Source: Candidatus Nomurabacteria bacterium (GTDB lineage Bacteria; Patescibacteriota; Minisyncoccia; Phycocordibacterales; UBA918). Taken from it: a stretch of 64,000 nucleotides of DNA. The translations under genes were made by a program, and so were the position numbers. The DNA is taken from the NCBI GenBank assembly GCA_020632135.1, contig JACKGC010000001.1, positions 116,241 to 180,240 of the forward strand. Reading direction: 5' to 3'. Within the stretch, counting starts at the first letter, position 1. Each line of letters opens with the position of its first letter. The notes beneath the pieces are model-generated. The model saw nothing but the letters and a program-made list of their open reading frames with translations. It did not search any database and was not told where the DNA came from. Positions 1 to 8,066 of the stretch are shown piece by piece.

Positions 1-22
1 TGATAAATATAGCTAAAATGCT

Positions 23-161
23 GTAGCTGGCGGACAGGGACTCGTCCCGCCTTTTCTAATTCGCTACGCTCATAAGAACACTGGGCGCGGCTAGCCGACA
101 AGCCCTCCTCGTAAACTCGTCGTCTTGTGTACCGGCTCCGCCGTTCGATCCCCTGTCCGCC
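23..161 (-). repeat. tRNA-end hairpin module, copy Gln-B (anti-arm + structured core + duplicate of tRNA-Gln 3' end)
   Basis: Minus-sense 161->141 GGCGGACAGGGGATCGAACGG is near-complementary to the T-loop/acceptor 3' strand of tRNA-Gln. 44->23 CGAGTCCCTGTCCGCCAGCTAC is identical to 1143->1122. The core shares CGGAGCCGGTACACAAGACGA..GCTTGTCGGC with the Ser copy and GTTCTTATGAGCGTAGCGAATTAGAAA with the Met copy. Confidence 0.8.
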
Positions 162-251
162 GAGCAACGGCAAAGGCCGCAAACACTGACGTGTTTGCGG
201 CCTGCCGATTGCTGGCTGTATGGGACGAAGTTCGAACTTTTCTCACGTCGC

Positions 252-857
252 CTAAGTAAAACATCCTATGTACCATGGACCATAGAAATGCTTCGCGTTC
301 ATCAAATCACCATTAAATAGCTTCTTAACTCTTTGCAAGCCTTCTTCATCCCAATTCGACCAGTCTGGCTTAAATACACTCGCTTCCATAACAAAACCTG
401 TTTCGTCCCATATGAGAGCACACCAGTTGTCGAGAATACCTGTTCCATCTGGAAAGGCGACTCTCAGTTGCCCGTCTGAAACATCAGTTTCAAAGTAAAT
501 ATCCTTGTATGGACTATCGCTTGAAGTAAGTTTTTCTGACTGAATCAGACCAACGATTTCTTGGTATTGTGGCATCTTCAATATAGTAAAAATTTCGTAG
601 GAATTAAAAAACAGCAAAACTGCAACTACTACAACGGAAACTAATTTTAAGAAGTAGTAAAACACGCTCTTGATATTCCCTTTTTTAGAATACTTTGCGT
701 AACTTACGACAAAATACAACACCCCCACAAACAACAAAACTATTCCTAACAAATCAGACAGAAACCAAAATTTAACCAGCAACGGATATGAAAATAGACT
801 GTATGTAAGTAAACATATAGTCCACATTAGGAAAACATTAGTTTTAATTGATTCCAT
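252..857 (-). CDS. Hypothetical membrane protein (cassette cargo; N-terminal TM helices, soluble C-terminal domain)
   Basis: The ORF runs 252..947. The ATG at 857 (MESIKTNVFLMW...) is preferred because the upstream 30 codons lie in the module/att repeat. The N-terminal half is hydrophobic. No recognisable family. Confidence 0.5.
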   Translation of the reverse strand: MESIKTNVFLMWTICLLTYSLFSYPLLVKFWFLSDLLGIVLLFVGVLYFVVSYAKYSKKGNIKSVFYYFLKLVSVVVVAVLLFFNSYEIFTILKMPQYQEIVGLIQSEKLTSSDSPYKDIYFETDVSDGQLRVAFPDGTGILDNWCALIWDETGFVMEASVFKPDWSNWDEEGLQRVKKLFNGDLMNAKHFYGPWYIGCFT

Positions 858-920
858 ATCAAAAGTATACCTTATCAGGGACTCGAACTTTTTTATGTTG
901 CTAAATATAGCTAAATTGTT

Positions 921-1073
921 GTAGCTGGCGGACAGGGACTCGGTCACGAATCACTAAGTATATCCTTTCGCTTCGCTCATGATCTACTAAGTGTTCGCGA
1001 CCCCGGCTCGCTGTTCGTCGCGCTAGGAAGCGCGCTCCTCACAACGCTGCGCCTTTCTCGTCCCTGTCTCGGC
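921..1073 (-). repeat. tRNA-end hairpin module, copy Gln-A
   Basis: Minus-sense 1073->1057 GCCGAGACAGGGACGAG is imperfectly complementary to CGAGTCCCTGTCCGCC at 942->927. The core contains GCGTTGTGAGGAGCGCGC, GACGAACAGCGAGCCGGGGTCGCGAA and ATGAGCGAAGCGAAAGG. It ends GTGAC|CGAGTCCCTGTCCGCCAGCTAC. Confidence 0.75.
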
Positions 1074-1082
1074 ATCTATGAC

Positions 1083-1121
1083 GACAGAAAACACTCAGCG
1101 TGAAGCTGAGTGTTTTCTGTC
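1083..1121 (-). terminator. Perfect hairpin immediately 3' of tRNA-Gln
   Basis: gacagaaaacactcagc-gtga-gctgagtgttttctgtc forms a 17-bp stem. There is no clear U-tract after it. Confidence 0.45.
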
Positions 1122-1125
1122 GTAG

Positions 1126-1196
1126 CTGGCGGACAGGGACTCGAACCCCGATAGACGGCACCAAAAACCGTAGTCCTACCATTAGACGATCCGCCA
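1126..1196 (-). tRNA. tRNA-Gln(UUG)
   Basis: The reverse complement TGGCGGATCGTCTAATGGTAGGACTACGGTTTTTGGTGCCGTCTATCGGGGTTCGAGTCCCTGTCCGCCAG folds as a cloverleaf. The anticodon loop is TTTTGGT. CCA is not encoded. Confidence 0.9.
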
Positions 1197-1288
1197 AATA
1201 TATTGCTGTTGCATGACCATCGGTCGCGCGCCGAGATAGGGTATCATACTTTTGTTACTTTTTCAGCACCCCTTGCTACAATACCCAC

Positions 1289-1597
1289 ATGACCCACTAC
1301 GAAAAACTGGTGCGTGACCGCATACCCGAGATCCTTGAGTCCAAAGGCGTAGCCTATGAACAGCGAATTGCGACCGACGAAGAGTATCGCACTGAGCTCA
1401 TTAAAAAACTGCAAGAGGAAGCAACTGAATTTGCTGAAAGCGATGGCGATATCGAAGAACTAGCCGACGTACTTGAGGTCATTGCTGCGCTGCGTTCCCT
1501 CGCTGAGTACAATACCGTCACCAGCATCCAAGAGAAAAAGCGCACCGAACGTGGTGGCTTTTTGAAGCGATACATTCTCAAGGGAGAGAAGCCCTAG
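1289..1597 (+). CDS. MazG-like / phosphoribosyl-ATP pyrophosphohydrolase-like NTP pyrophosphatase
   Basis: 102 aa. KLVRDRIPEI, an EExxE-type acidic helix (EEATEFAESDGDIEELADVLEV) and the small all-helical size are typical of this family. Confidence 0.6.
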   Translation: MTHYEKLVRDRIPEILESKGVAYEQRIATDEEYRTELIKKLQEEATEFAESDGDIEELADVLEVIAALRSLAEYNTVTSIQEKKRTERGGFLKRYILKGEKP

Positions 1598-2031
1598 CGC
1601 GCCAAGAATTGATCAAGATAAATGGTAGAGAGAATACCAGCTGTTACCAATACACCCCCAACCACATTCCCCACCGTTGGCTTTTCGCCTAAAAAAACAA
1701 ACGCCATGATTATAGTGAGCGCAATACTCAGCTTATCGATCGGTGCCACTCGCGCCACCTCCCCGAGTTGCAAGGCCTTATAATAAAAGAGCCACGACGC
1801 ACCAGTCGCTAGTGCTGAAAGTACTAAAAAGGTCATGGTGTAGCGCGAGATCTCGAAGATCTCTTTGGCAGTGCCTTGCATCAAGACGATCCCCCACGCC
1901 ATGACCACAATGATCACGGTACGGATCGCCACCGCGAGATTGCTATTCACTCCTTCAATGCCGATCTTGCCGAAGATTGCCACCAAGGAAGCAAAGAAAG
2001 CCGAAAGGAGTGCGTACGTTACCCAAGTCAT
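1594..2031 (-). CDS. EamA/DMT-family small membrane transporter
   Basis: 145 aa with 4-5 TM helices. The N-terminus YALLSAFFASLVAIFGKIG is EamA-like. Confidence 0.6.
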   Translation of the reverse strand: MTWVTYALLSAFFASLVAIFGKIGIEGVNSNLAVAIRTVIIVVMAWGIVLMQGTAKEIFEISRYTMTFLVLSALATGASWLFYYKALQLGEVARVAPIDKLSIALTIIMAFVFLGEKPTVGNVVGGVLVTAGILSTIYLDQFLAR

Positions 2032-2035
2032 ACCT

Positions 2036-3706
2036 TTAATTTGATTCGTACGCTGCTTTCACAAACGCAGTAAAGAGTGGGTGCGGTGCCAGTGGTCGAG
2101 CCTGTAGCTCAGGATGAAACTGGACTCCGACAAAGAATGGGTGTTCGTTTTGTGGTAGCTCTACTATCTCCATCAGCGTACCGTCTGGTGAAGTACCAGA
2201 GAAGCGCAGGCCATGCATTTCCAGCTGTGCAATGTACTCAGGATTCACCTCATAGCGGTGGCGATGGCGCTCGATCGTTTCCTTAGCCTTATACGCCCGC
2301 GCCGCGATACTGCCCGCTTTTAAGACCGCCGGATACTGCCCCAAACGCATCGTGCCACCCATGTCATTATTGGCGATCTTCTCGCGTTGCTCCGGCATGA
2401 CACCGATCACCAGATGTGCAGCCTTGGGGTCGATCTCTTCGGTGCTCGCACCCACAAGGCGCACCACGTTGCGGGCGTATTCAAGAACCGCCAGCTGCAT
2501 GCCGTAACAGATTCCAAAATAGGGTATCTGTTGCTTGCGTACGTACTCGATCACATTGAGTTTTCCGTCGATGCCAGTAGTACCAAAACCACCCGGAATG
2601 AGCACGCCATCATACTTTTTCAACTCGCGCAGTTTCTTTTTATCAGCGAATTCTTGTGAGCTAAGGTAGGAGATCTCTGGCTTGAGATTGAGTTTGTAGG
2701 CGGAAAACTTGATCGCTTCCAGCACCGAAATATACACATCGGAAAGCACGAAATCGCCCGAATTAAAATACTTCCCTACCACTGCAATCTTCACGGTGTC
2801 ATTACCGTTTTTCGAGCGGCGCACAAACTGCTTCCAGGCCTTGAGATCGGCTGGCTTTTTGTTGGGCAAGCCAAGGATGTTGGCCAAACGCAGCGACATG
2901 CTGTCCTCCTCATAATTGAGCGGGATATCGTAAATACTCTCTAGGTCTGGAGAAGAAATGACATTCTCAACCTTCACGTTACAAAACTTCGCCATCTTCT
3001 CTTTGCGCTTCTGGTCGACCCCCTGCGGACTGCGGCACACGATCATATCGGCAAACACACCAGCGCTGTTAAGCATGCGCACCGCGGTCTGGGTCGGTTT
3101 GGTTTTCATCTCGCCGATCGAGCCCGGCACTGGCAGGTAGCTCACCATCACCACTGCTACATTCTCTGGTTCGTCGGTCTTCATCATGCGAATAGCTTCG
3201 AGGAAGAGGACGTTCTGGTACTCACCGACCGTACCACCAACCTCAATGAGTACAACGTCGGCGGCGGCCTTTCGCCCCGCTCGCTTAATGCGACTAATGA
3301 CCTCAAGCGGGATATCCGGCACCACCTCTACATTGCGGCCGCCGTACTCGAGATTGCGCTCTTTTTGAATGACTGATTGGTACACACTGCCGGTGGTCAT
3401 GTAGTTGATGCTGGGCAGGTCGGTATTGAGGAAGCGCTCATAGTTACCCATGTCTTGATCGGTCTCAAGACCATCCTTGAGCACAAATACCTCACCGTGC
3501 TCGGTAGGATTCATCGTGCCCGCATCTACATTAATGTAGGGATCGATCTTTATGGCAGTCACCTTATGTCCGCGCGCTTGAAGCACGGTCGCAATCGAAG
3601 AAGATGCCACACCCTTTCCCACGCCACTCATAACACCACCGACGACAAAAATGTATTTTGTCGCCGACTTCTTAACAGTCGTTTTGGTTTTGGTCTTTTT
3701 AGGCAT
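2036..3706 (-). CDS. pyrG: CTP synthase
   Basis: 556 aa. The N-terminal synthetase P-loop is VVGGVMSGVGKGVASSSI. The C-terminal GATase carries GICYGMQ and HRHRYEVN. Confidence 0.95.
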   Translation of the reverse strand: MPKKTKTKTTVKKSATKYIFVVGGVMSGVGKGVASSSIATVLQARGHKVTAIKIDPYINVDAGTMNPTEHGEVFVLKDGLETDQDMGNYERFLNTDLPSINYMTTGSVYQSVIQKERNLEYGGRNVEVVPDIPLEVISRIKRAGRKAAADVVLIEVGGTVGEYQNVLFLEAIRMMKTDEPENVAVVMVSYLPVPGSIGEMKTKPTQTAVRMLNSAGVFADMIVCRSPQGVDQKRKEKMAKFCNVKVENVISSPDLESIYDIPLNYEEDSMSLRLANILGLPNKKPADLKAWKQFVRRSKNGNDTVKIAVVGKYFNSGDFVLSDVYISVLEAIKFSAYKLNLKPEISYLSSQEFADKKKLRELKKYDGVLIPGGFGTTGIDGKLNVIEYVRKQQIPYFGICYGMQLAVLEYARNVVRLVGASTEEIDPKAAHLVIGVMPEQREKIANNDMGGTMRLGQYPAVLKAGSIAARAYKAKETIERHRHRYEVNPEYIAQLEMHGLRFSGTSPDGTLMEIVELPQNEHPFFVGVQFHPELQARPLAPHPLFTAFVKAAYESN

Positions 3707-3721
3707 AGGAGTTGGGCGGGA

Positions 3722-4642
3722 TTAGGTTCGTAAATAGCGTGCTACTGCAAGGGTACTGGAAGCAAGACCGAGTACGACTCCAATACCAACCAGCACACCA
3801 AATATCTCACCGAAGTGAACTACGTAGTAGTCAAAGAGGTTTATCTCAAAAAATGCCTCAGTGCGCGGACCAAGCCACACCAAGATCGGGTAAAAGAGAA
3901 GTAGTGCAAGCACCCCAGCCACAAAACCGTACATAATACCTTGTAGCATGAACGGACCACGAATGAACATGTTGCCAGCCCCGACCAAGCGCATAATAGC
4001 GATCTCTTCGCGTGAGGTATAAATAGCTAAGCGAATCGTATTGAAAGTAATGAGCACCGCCGCGATCAGGAGCACTCCCATCACGAACAAACTTGCTCGT
4101 TCAGTAGCATTGATGATGGTCGTCAGGGTATCAATCGAGTCTTTATTGCGCGTGTAATTGACTTCATCAATGACTGGCACCTGCGGCTGTTCCAGCTCGC
4201 GCTGCTCTTCCAGGAAGCTGGCCACACTTTCATACTGGGACGTTTCGCGAGCTTGAATGGCGATGGTGGCTCCAAGCGGATTCTCGTCCAACTCTTCCAG
4301 AGCCTGCATTGCCACCGCATCATCTTTATTCTCTTCGCGATACCGTGCGAGGGCATCCTCGCTGGAGGTGTAGGTGACCGCCGCTACATCCGGCAATGCC
4401 GCCACCGCTTCACGGATCCGATCGATCTCTTCTTGTGGCGCATCAGGCACAAAGTAGACATTAATGTCAACCTTGGACTGAAGCGTACTAAGTGAAGTAT
4501 CGAGCAACTGCCCCAAGAACATGGTGGCACCGATCACAAACAACGCGATCGTTAATACAAAAATGGACGCTAATGACACATATGCATTGCGCCAAAACCC
4601 CACAAATCCTGCTTTTACTACTCTACGAAATCCAGTGATCAT
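3722..4642 (-). CDS. ftsX: Cell-division ABC permease-like protein FtsX
   Basis: 306 aa with one N-terminal TM helix, a periplasmic domain and three C-terminal TM helices. It lies directly downstream of ftsE. Confidence 0.85.
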   Translation of the reverse strand: MITGFRRVVKAGFVGFWRNAYVSLASIFVLTIALFVIGATMFLGQLLDTSLSTLQSKVDINVYFVPDAPQEEIDRIREAVAALPDVAAVTYTSSEDALARYREENKDDAVAMQALEELDENPLGATIAIQARETSQYESVASFLEEQRELEQPQVPVIDEVNYTRNKDSIDTLTTIINATERASLFVMGVLLIAAVLITFNTIRLAIYTSREEIAIMRLVGAGNMFIRGPFMLQGIMYGFVAGVLALLLFYPILVWLGPRTEAFFEINLFDYYVVHFGEIFGVLVGIGVVLGLASSTLAVARYLRT

Positions 4643-4649
4643 GACTTAA

Positions 4650-5333
4650 TTATAAAACATACTTACCAGTCGCGTCGTCGCGAACGATTCGCCCCCCGTC
4701 CATAGTAATAACCCGCCGCTCGATCTCATCGATCACTCCCTTATTGTGTGTGGTCATGATGACGGTGGTACCAAGATCGTTGATCTTGCGGAGAATCTGC
4801 ACCACTTCGTAGGTAGCGATCGGGTCGAGGTTGCCGGTGGGCTCATCGGCAATGATGATGTCGGGCTGATTGACGATCGCGCGAGCGATCGCGACCCGCT
4901 GTTTCTCACCACCAGAGAGCTCATTGGGAAAATTCCACGCTTTGTCTTCGAGGTCGACCAGTGCTAATGCATACGGCACGTTCTCAGCGATCTCGGCATC
5001 TGGCCGGCCGTTGGCTTCCATCGCAAAGGCCACGTTTTCGTACGCGGTCTTGTGTGGTAGGAGCTTGAAATCTTGAAATACTGTGCCGATCTTACGGCGA
5101 TAGTGCGGCAGCTTGGTCCGCGGAATGCGATGCACATCGAGTGATTCAAAAAATACCTGCCCATGTGATGGCTGGTCTTCCGCAATGATCATTTTAAGCA
5201 GCGTGGTCTTACCAGCGCCAGAGTGACCAACAATTGACACGAATTCCTTCGGCGCGACTTGAAAGGTGACTTCCTGGAGAGCGGCACTGCGGCCGTCGTT
5301 GTATACCTTTGAAACGTTATCAAAGTAAATCAT
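4650..5333 (-). CDS. ftsE: Cell-division ATP-binding protein FtsE
   Basis: Walker A GHSGAGKTT, signature LSGGEKQR, Walker B IIIADEPT. Confidence 0.9.
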   Translation of the reverse strand: MIYFDNVSKVYNDGRSAALQEVTFQVAPKEFVSIVGHSGAGKTTLLKMIIAEDQPSHGQVFFESLDVHRIPRTKLPHYRRKIGTVFQDFKLLPHKTAYENVAFAMEANGRPDAEIAENVPYALALVDLEDKAWNFPNELSGGEKQRVAIARAIVNQPDIIIADEPTGNLDPIATYEVVQILRKINDLGTTVIMTTHNKGVIDEIERRVITMDGGRIVRDDATGKYVL

Positions 5334-5374
5334 ACCGCACAGTATACCACCCCCGTTCCGCAGCTCAAAACCAT

Positions 5375-6253
5375 TTACTGAGACTCTGCGAGAGCTTCAA
5401 TGAAAGGCTGAATGTCACCACTAAGAACCGCGTCCACGTTGCGCACTTCGGTGTCGGTGCGATGATCTTTGACGAGCTGGTATGGATGCAGCACATACGA
5501 GCGGATCTGACTTCCCCACTCGATCTTGAGACTCTTCTCCACCGAGAGCCCCTGAAGCTCACGGCGGCGCTGCTCTTCTTCAAAGGCAAAGATCTTTCCA
5601 GCGAGCAGCGCAAGTCCTTTCTCACGATTCTGCTGCTGCGAGCGTTCGGAAGAAATGTTGACTGAGATGTTGGTCGGCTTATGCACGATGCGCACAGCGG
5701 TCTCACGCTTGTTCACATTTTGCCCACCTGCGCCGCCAGAGCGCGCAAATGATATTTCCAAGTCTTCATCCTTGAGTTCGACTGCACTCGTATCTTCAAG
5801 CTGTGGTGACACCTCAACCAGCACGAAGGAAGTCTGACGCTTACCATTGCTATTGAAGGGTGAAATGCGCACGAGGCGGTGCACCCCTGATTCGTGCTGC
5901 AAAGTACCATATGCGTCCTTGCCCTGGATCACGAAGGTGATGTTGCGATAGCCGTTGTGATCATTGGCGTTACTATCCATGATAACCACGGCCCAATTGC
6001 GGCGTTCAGCATAACGCTGATACATTTCAACCAACATTCGTGCGAAGTCTTCCGCATCATCACCACCCGCACCTGCCACAATGGTAAAGACGGCATCGTT
6101 TCGGTCATACTTTCCTTTTCCGTCCGCGGCGTCTTTGAGTTCCTGCAATTCTTTGATCATCGCTTGTGCGACTGCTGGATCATTCCAAAACGTCGGCTCA
6201 AGCATGGCCGCTTCGATCTCAGCGATTCTGGCTTCAGTTTCTTGTTTATGCAT
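5375..6253 (-). CDS. prfB: Peptide chain release factor 2 (short form, no visible frameshift site)
   Basis: SPF tripeptide (VRISPFNS), GGQ motif ([11 protein letters not shown]) and IRSYVLHPY. The start is taken at the ATG at 6253 ([14 protein letters not shown]...). The longer ORF to 6397 overlaps the upstream gene. Confidence 0.85.
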   Translation of the reverse strand: MHKQETEARIAEIEAAMLEPTFWNDPAVAQAMIKELQELKDAADGKGKYDRNDAVFTIVAGAGGDDAEDFARMLVEMYQRYAERRNWAVVIMDSNANDHNGYRNITFVIQGKDAYGTLQHESGVHRLVRISPFNSNGKRQTSFVLVEVSPQLEDTSAVELKDEDLEISFARSGGAGGQNVNKRETAVRIVHKPTNISVNISSERSQQQNREKGLALLAGKIFAFEEEQRRRELQGLSVEKSLKIEWGSQIRSYVLHPYQLVKDHRTDTEVRNVDAVLSGDIQPFIEALAESQ

Positions 6254-6740
6254 GTGGGTGAAATTGATGTCCGAGCGGAACCGGTTCAGGCGAAATAGCC
6301 AAAAGCCACTGCTTGCACGTACCGAGTTTGCGGCACACCCACCGTTCAACAAACACTGCGCGGTCATAGGTCTGATCTGGACCATTCCACGGATCATGAA
6401 TAGTTAGCGAGGTGCTGTCGGCTGCGACCACCACCCCGTAGTGATCCTCTTCTTCGTCTGGTTCAATGAAGCGCACGATCGGTGGTATCTTGAGCTGCAG
6501 TAGATACTGTAGCTCCTCAAACGCTGAACCATCATTCACATAGCAATGGTACCCAAGCGCGACTGCTAACTCATACATATCCTGCTTACGTGTGCCGTCT
6601 TCGTTCGTGGCACCAAGCTCCTCTGCCAGTGCTTCTTCAGACGCACGAGTGCCATAGTACGCTAGCACCATCTGCAGTGAGGTTGGTCCACAGGTGTATT
6701 CTTTATCTTGCCAGAAGAATGGTACGTCTAACTTTGACAT
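6246..6740 (-). CDS. Stand-alone peptidase C39-like (papain-fold) domain protein
   Basis: 164 aa from the ATG at 6740. Catalytic-Cys motif [16 protein letters not shown] and a His region [10 protein letters not shown]. Its stop overlaps the prfB start (ATGCATAA). Confidence 0.6.
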   Translation of the reverse strand: MSKLDVPFFWQDKEYTCGPTSLQMVLAYYGTRASEEALAEELGATNEDGTRKQDMYELAVALGYHCYVNDGSAFEELQYLLQLKIPPIVRFIEPDEEEDHYGVVVAADSTSLTIHDPWNGPDQTYDRAVFVERWVCRKLGTCKQWLLAISPEPVPLGHQFHPHA

Positions 6741-6770
6741 ATGGGAGAGTATAACAAGAAAAGTGGATAA

Positions 6771-6801
6771 GTGCGGCCGGCCCCTAAGGGGCCGGCCGCA
6801 C
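6771..6801 (-). terminator. Rho-independent terminator after tRNA-Thr(GGU)
   Basis: Minus-sense GTGCGGCCGGCCCC-TTA-GGGGCCGGCCGCAC is followed by TTATCCACTTTTCTT. Confidence 0.7.
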
Positions 6802-6813
6802 ACCACCACGTTG

Positions 6814-7083
6814 AGCCAATGCTCGGGATTGAACCGAGGACCTCATCCTTCGCTTACACCCTTATTTTTTAATAATCGGCTATTAAGGGGCTAGACTGTA
6901 TCTTGTTCCTAGCAAGGAACTCCCTTGGCAGTCGTTCGGGCCTCGCGCTAGCGATGCCACGGTCTTGACCAGTCCGTTGGCTATTGACCGTTATTCAGGA
7001 TTCATCTGGTGCATTACTACACCAGCGGGCAGGGGTCTGTGCGACCCACCATGGATGCGCTCTACCGACTGAGCTACATTGGC
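6814..7083 (-). tRNA. tRNA-Thr(GGU) interrupted by a group I intron
   Basis: The 5' exon is GCCAATGTAGCTCAGTCGGTAGAGCGCATCCATGGT (7083->7048). The 3' exon is AAGGATGAGGTCCTCGGTTCAATCCCGAGCATTGGCT (6850->6814). The joined exons give a canonical 73-nt cloverleaf with loop AT-GGT-AA. Confidence 0.85.
6851..7047 (-). other. Group I intron (about 197 nt, no ORF) in the anticodon loop after U36
   Basis: The 5' exon ends in U and the intron ends in G. ACGGUCAAUAGCC, AACGACUGCC and CAAGAUACAGUCUAGCC resemble the conserved P/Q, R and S (AAGAUAUAGUC) core elements of group I introns. Splice positions are inferred to within a few nt. Confidence 0.7.
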
Positions 7084-7683
7084 ATATGAAGTTGTACGCA
7101 ATTCTTCGATTGCGCGGTAGATACTATCACGAATTTTTGTATTTGAAAAATAAATTGTAAGTACCCCGTATTCACTTTTGTGCCTATAGGTACCCTTTGC
7201 AACCGACTCGGAAACGACAACTTTTTGAAACTTTTCTGGTGAGACGCCCAGCCTCTTAGACCAATAGCTTCGAGCTAGGTCGGGACTAGTGTCAGTAAAA
7301 ATTTGCAACCCGAACCGTAGTCGAGTTTCATCAATTTTAAATATCGTTTTGAGGAAGTCTAGGAACACTCGAAGCAAATCAGGATCTGTATTCCCTAGGC
7401 GGATTGCCGTTTTGGACACTTTGTTACCTTCTCCCCACCACAAACCCAAGCCCAACCCATACAACAACCATTCCGACTCATTTCTTGGTTTTATGAAACG
7501 ATATGGGTCTCCACTAGGATTAGCTATCACATACTGTGCATCAGACAAACTACGTTTAGGTATAGCGTGTTTGCGCAACCAATAGTTTACCTTGTTTTCC
7601 GAACAACCCACCCGCACTGCAATTTGCTTTGCTGACTGTTTTTGTTCCACATAGACTTTCACAAGAAACTTTTTCTTCAGCAC
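6991..7683 (-). CDS. HTH + LAGLIDADG-like homing-endonuclease-like protein (free-standing; ORF runs into the tRNA-Thr gene)
   Basis: GTG start at 7683. The N-terminal HTH is SAKQIAVRVGCSENKVNYWLRKH. One LAGLIDADG-type motif is LLYGLGLGLWWGEGNK followed by LGNTDPDLLRVFLDFL. It is a paralog of 8617..9297. Homology ends near 7084, and the last ~30 codons are tRNA exon/intron sequence. Confidence 0.6.
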   Translation of the reverse strand: MLKKKFLVKVYVEQKQSAKQIAVRVGCSENKVNYWLRKHAIPKRSLSDAQYVIANPSGDPYRFIKPRNESEWLLYGLGLGLWWGEGNKVSKTAIRLGNTDPDLLRVFLDFLKTIFKIDETRLRFGLQIFTDTSPDLARSYWSKRLGVSPEKFQKVVVSESVAKGTYRHKSEYGVLTIYFSNTKIRDSIYRAIEELRTTSYANVAQSVERIHGGSHRPLPAGVVMHQMNPE

Positions 7684-7752
7684 AATTTAGTATATCATGT
7701 CCAAATTTGTAACATGCTCAACCAACAGCTATGAGATGCGGCAGCTGACTTG

Positions 7753-7825
7753 AGCCGTCTCCGAGGATTGAACTCGGGACCTTAGCGTTACGAATGCTAC
7801 GCTCTACCAACTGAGCTAAGACGGC
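7753..7825 (-). tRNA. tRNA-Thr(CGU)
   Basis: GCCGTCTTAGCTCAGTTGGTAGAGCGTAGCATTCGTAACGCTAAGGTCCCGAGTTCAATCCTCGGAGACGGCT. The anticodon loop is TTCGTAA. Confidence 0.9.
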
Positions 7826-7925
7826 TGATCGGCAGTATTCTAAGCGAAATTGTCGCTTTCATCAATTCGGTAAAGAAAGCATTGCAAAAATAAAGCAAAC
7901 CCGCTATACTCTTGCCACCTTTACT

Positions 7926-7999
7926 GCGCTGGTAGCTCAACTGGTTAGAGCACCCGCCTGTCACGCGGGAGGTTGCGGGTTCGAGTCCCGTCTGGCGCG
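7926..7999 (+). tRNA. tRNA-Asp(GUC)
   Basis: GCGCTGGTAGCTCAACTGGTTAGAGCACCCGCCTGTCACGCGGGAGGTTGCGGGTTCGAGTCCCGTCTGGCGCG. The anticodon loop is CTGTCAC. Confidence 0.9.
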
Positions 8000-8004
8000 C
8001 AGAA

Positions 8005-8043
8005 CAACAAAAAGGGCTGACTTCATGTCAGTCCTTTTTGTTG
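8005..8043 (+). terminator. Hairpin terminator after tRNA-Asp
   Basis: caacaaaaagggctgac-ttca-tgtcagtcctttttgttg, with the T-run in the descending arm. Confidence 0.6.
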
Positions 8044-8066
8044 ATCAAGCGACAGAGCAAAGTGCC

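Larger units (their letters stand above)
23..1125 (-). mobile_element. Two tandem integrase-less cassette-like insertions behind tRNA-Gln (empty element 921..1125; cargo element 23..920)
   Basis: The 22-nt block gtagctggcggacagggactcg occurs three times in direct orientation (23-44, 921-942, 1122-1143), and the last copy is the real tRNA 3' end. Each distal copy is preceded by a module. The cargo region is visibly AT-rich. No recombinase ORF is present. Confidence 0.6.

Noticed and set aside
54-87. Hammerhead-ribozyme-like string in the module cores (CUUAUGAGCGUAGCGAAUUAG; also UCAUGAGCGAAGCGAAAGG at about 968-986 and the Met copy at about 11597-11617).
   Set aside because: It resembles CUGAUGAG..CGAAA, but the essential G5 is missing and the would-be helix II is only 2 bp. 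The motif is absent from the Asp and Ser copies.
141-161. Reading the anti-arm as a retroelement primer-binding site for the tRNA 3' end.
   Set aside because: A PBS should extend into the complement of CCA (TGG...). The sequences 5' of the anti-arms do not. No reverse transcriptase is present. This idea is kept only as a remote alternative.
6250-6400. Programmed +1 frameshift site for prfB.
   Set aside because: I looked for CUU UGA or a similar shifty stop with an upstream SD-like element. Only GCC TGA occurs, in an unrelated frame, and it cannot re-pair in +1. The upstream region is occupied by the C39-like gene.
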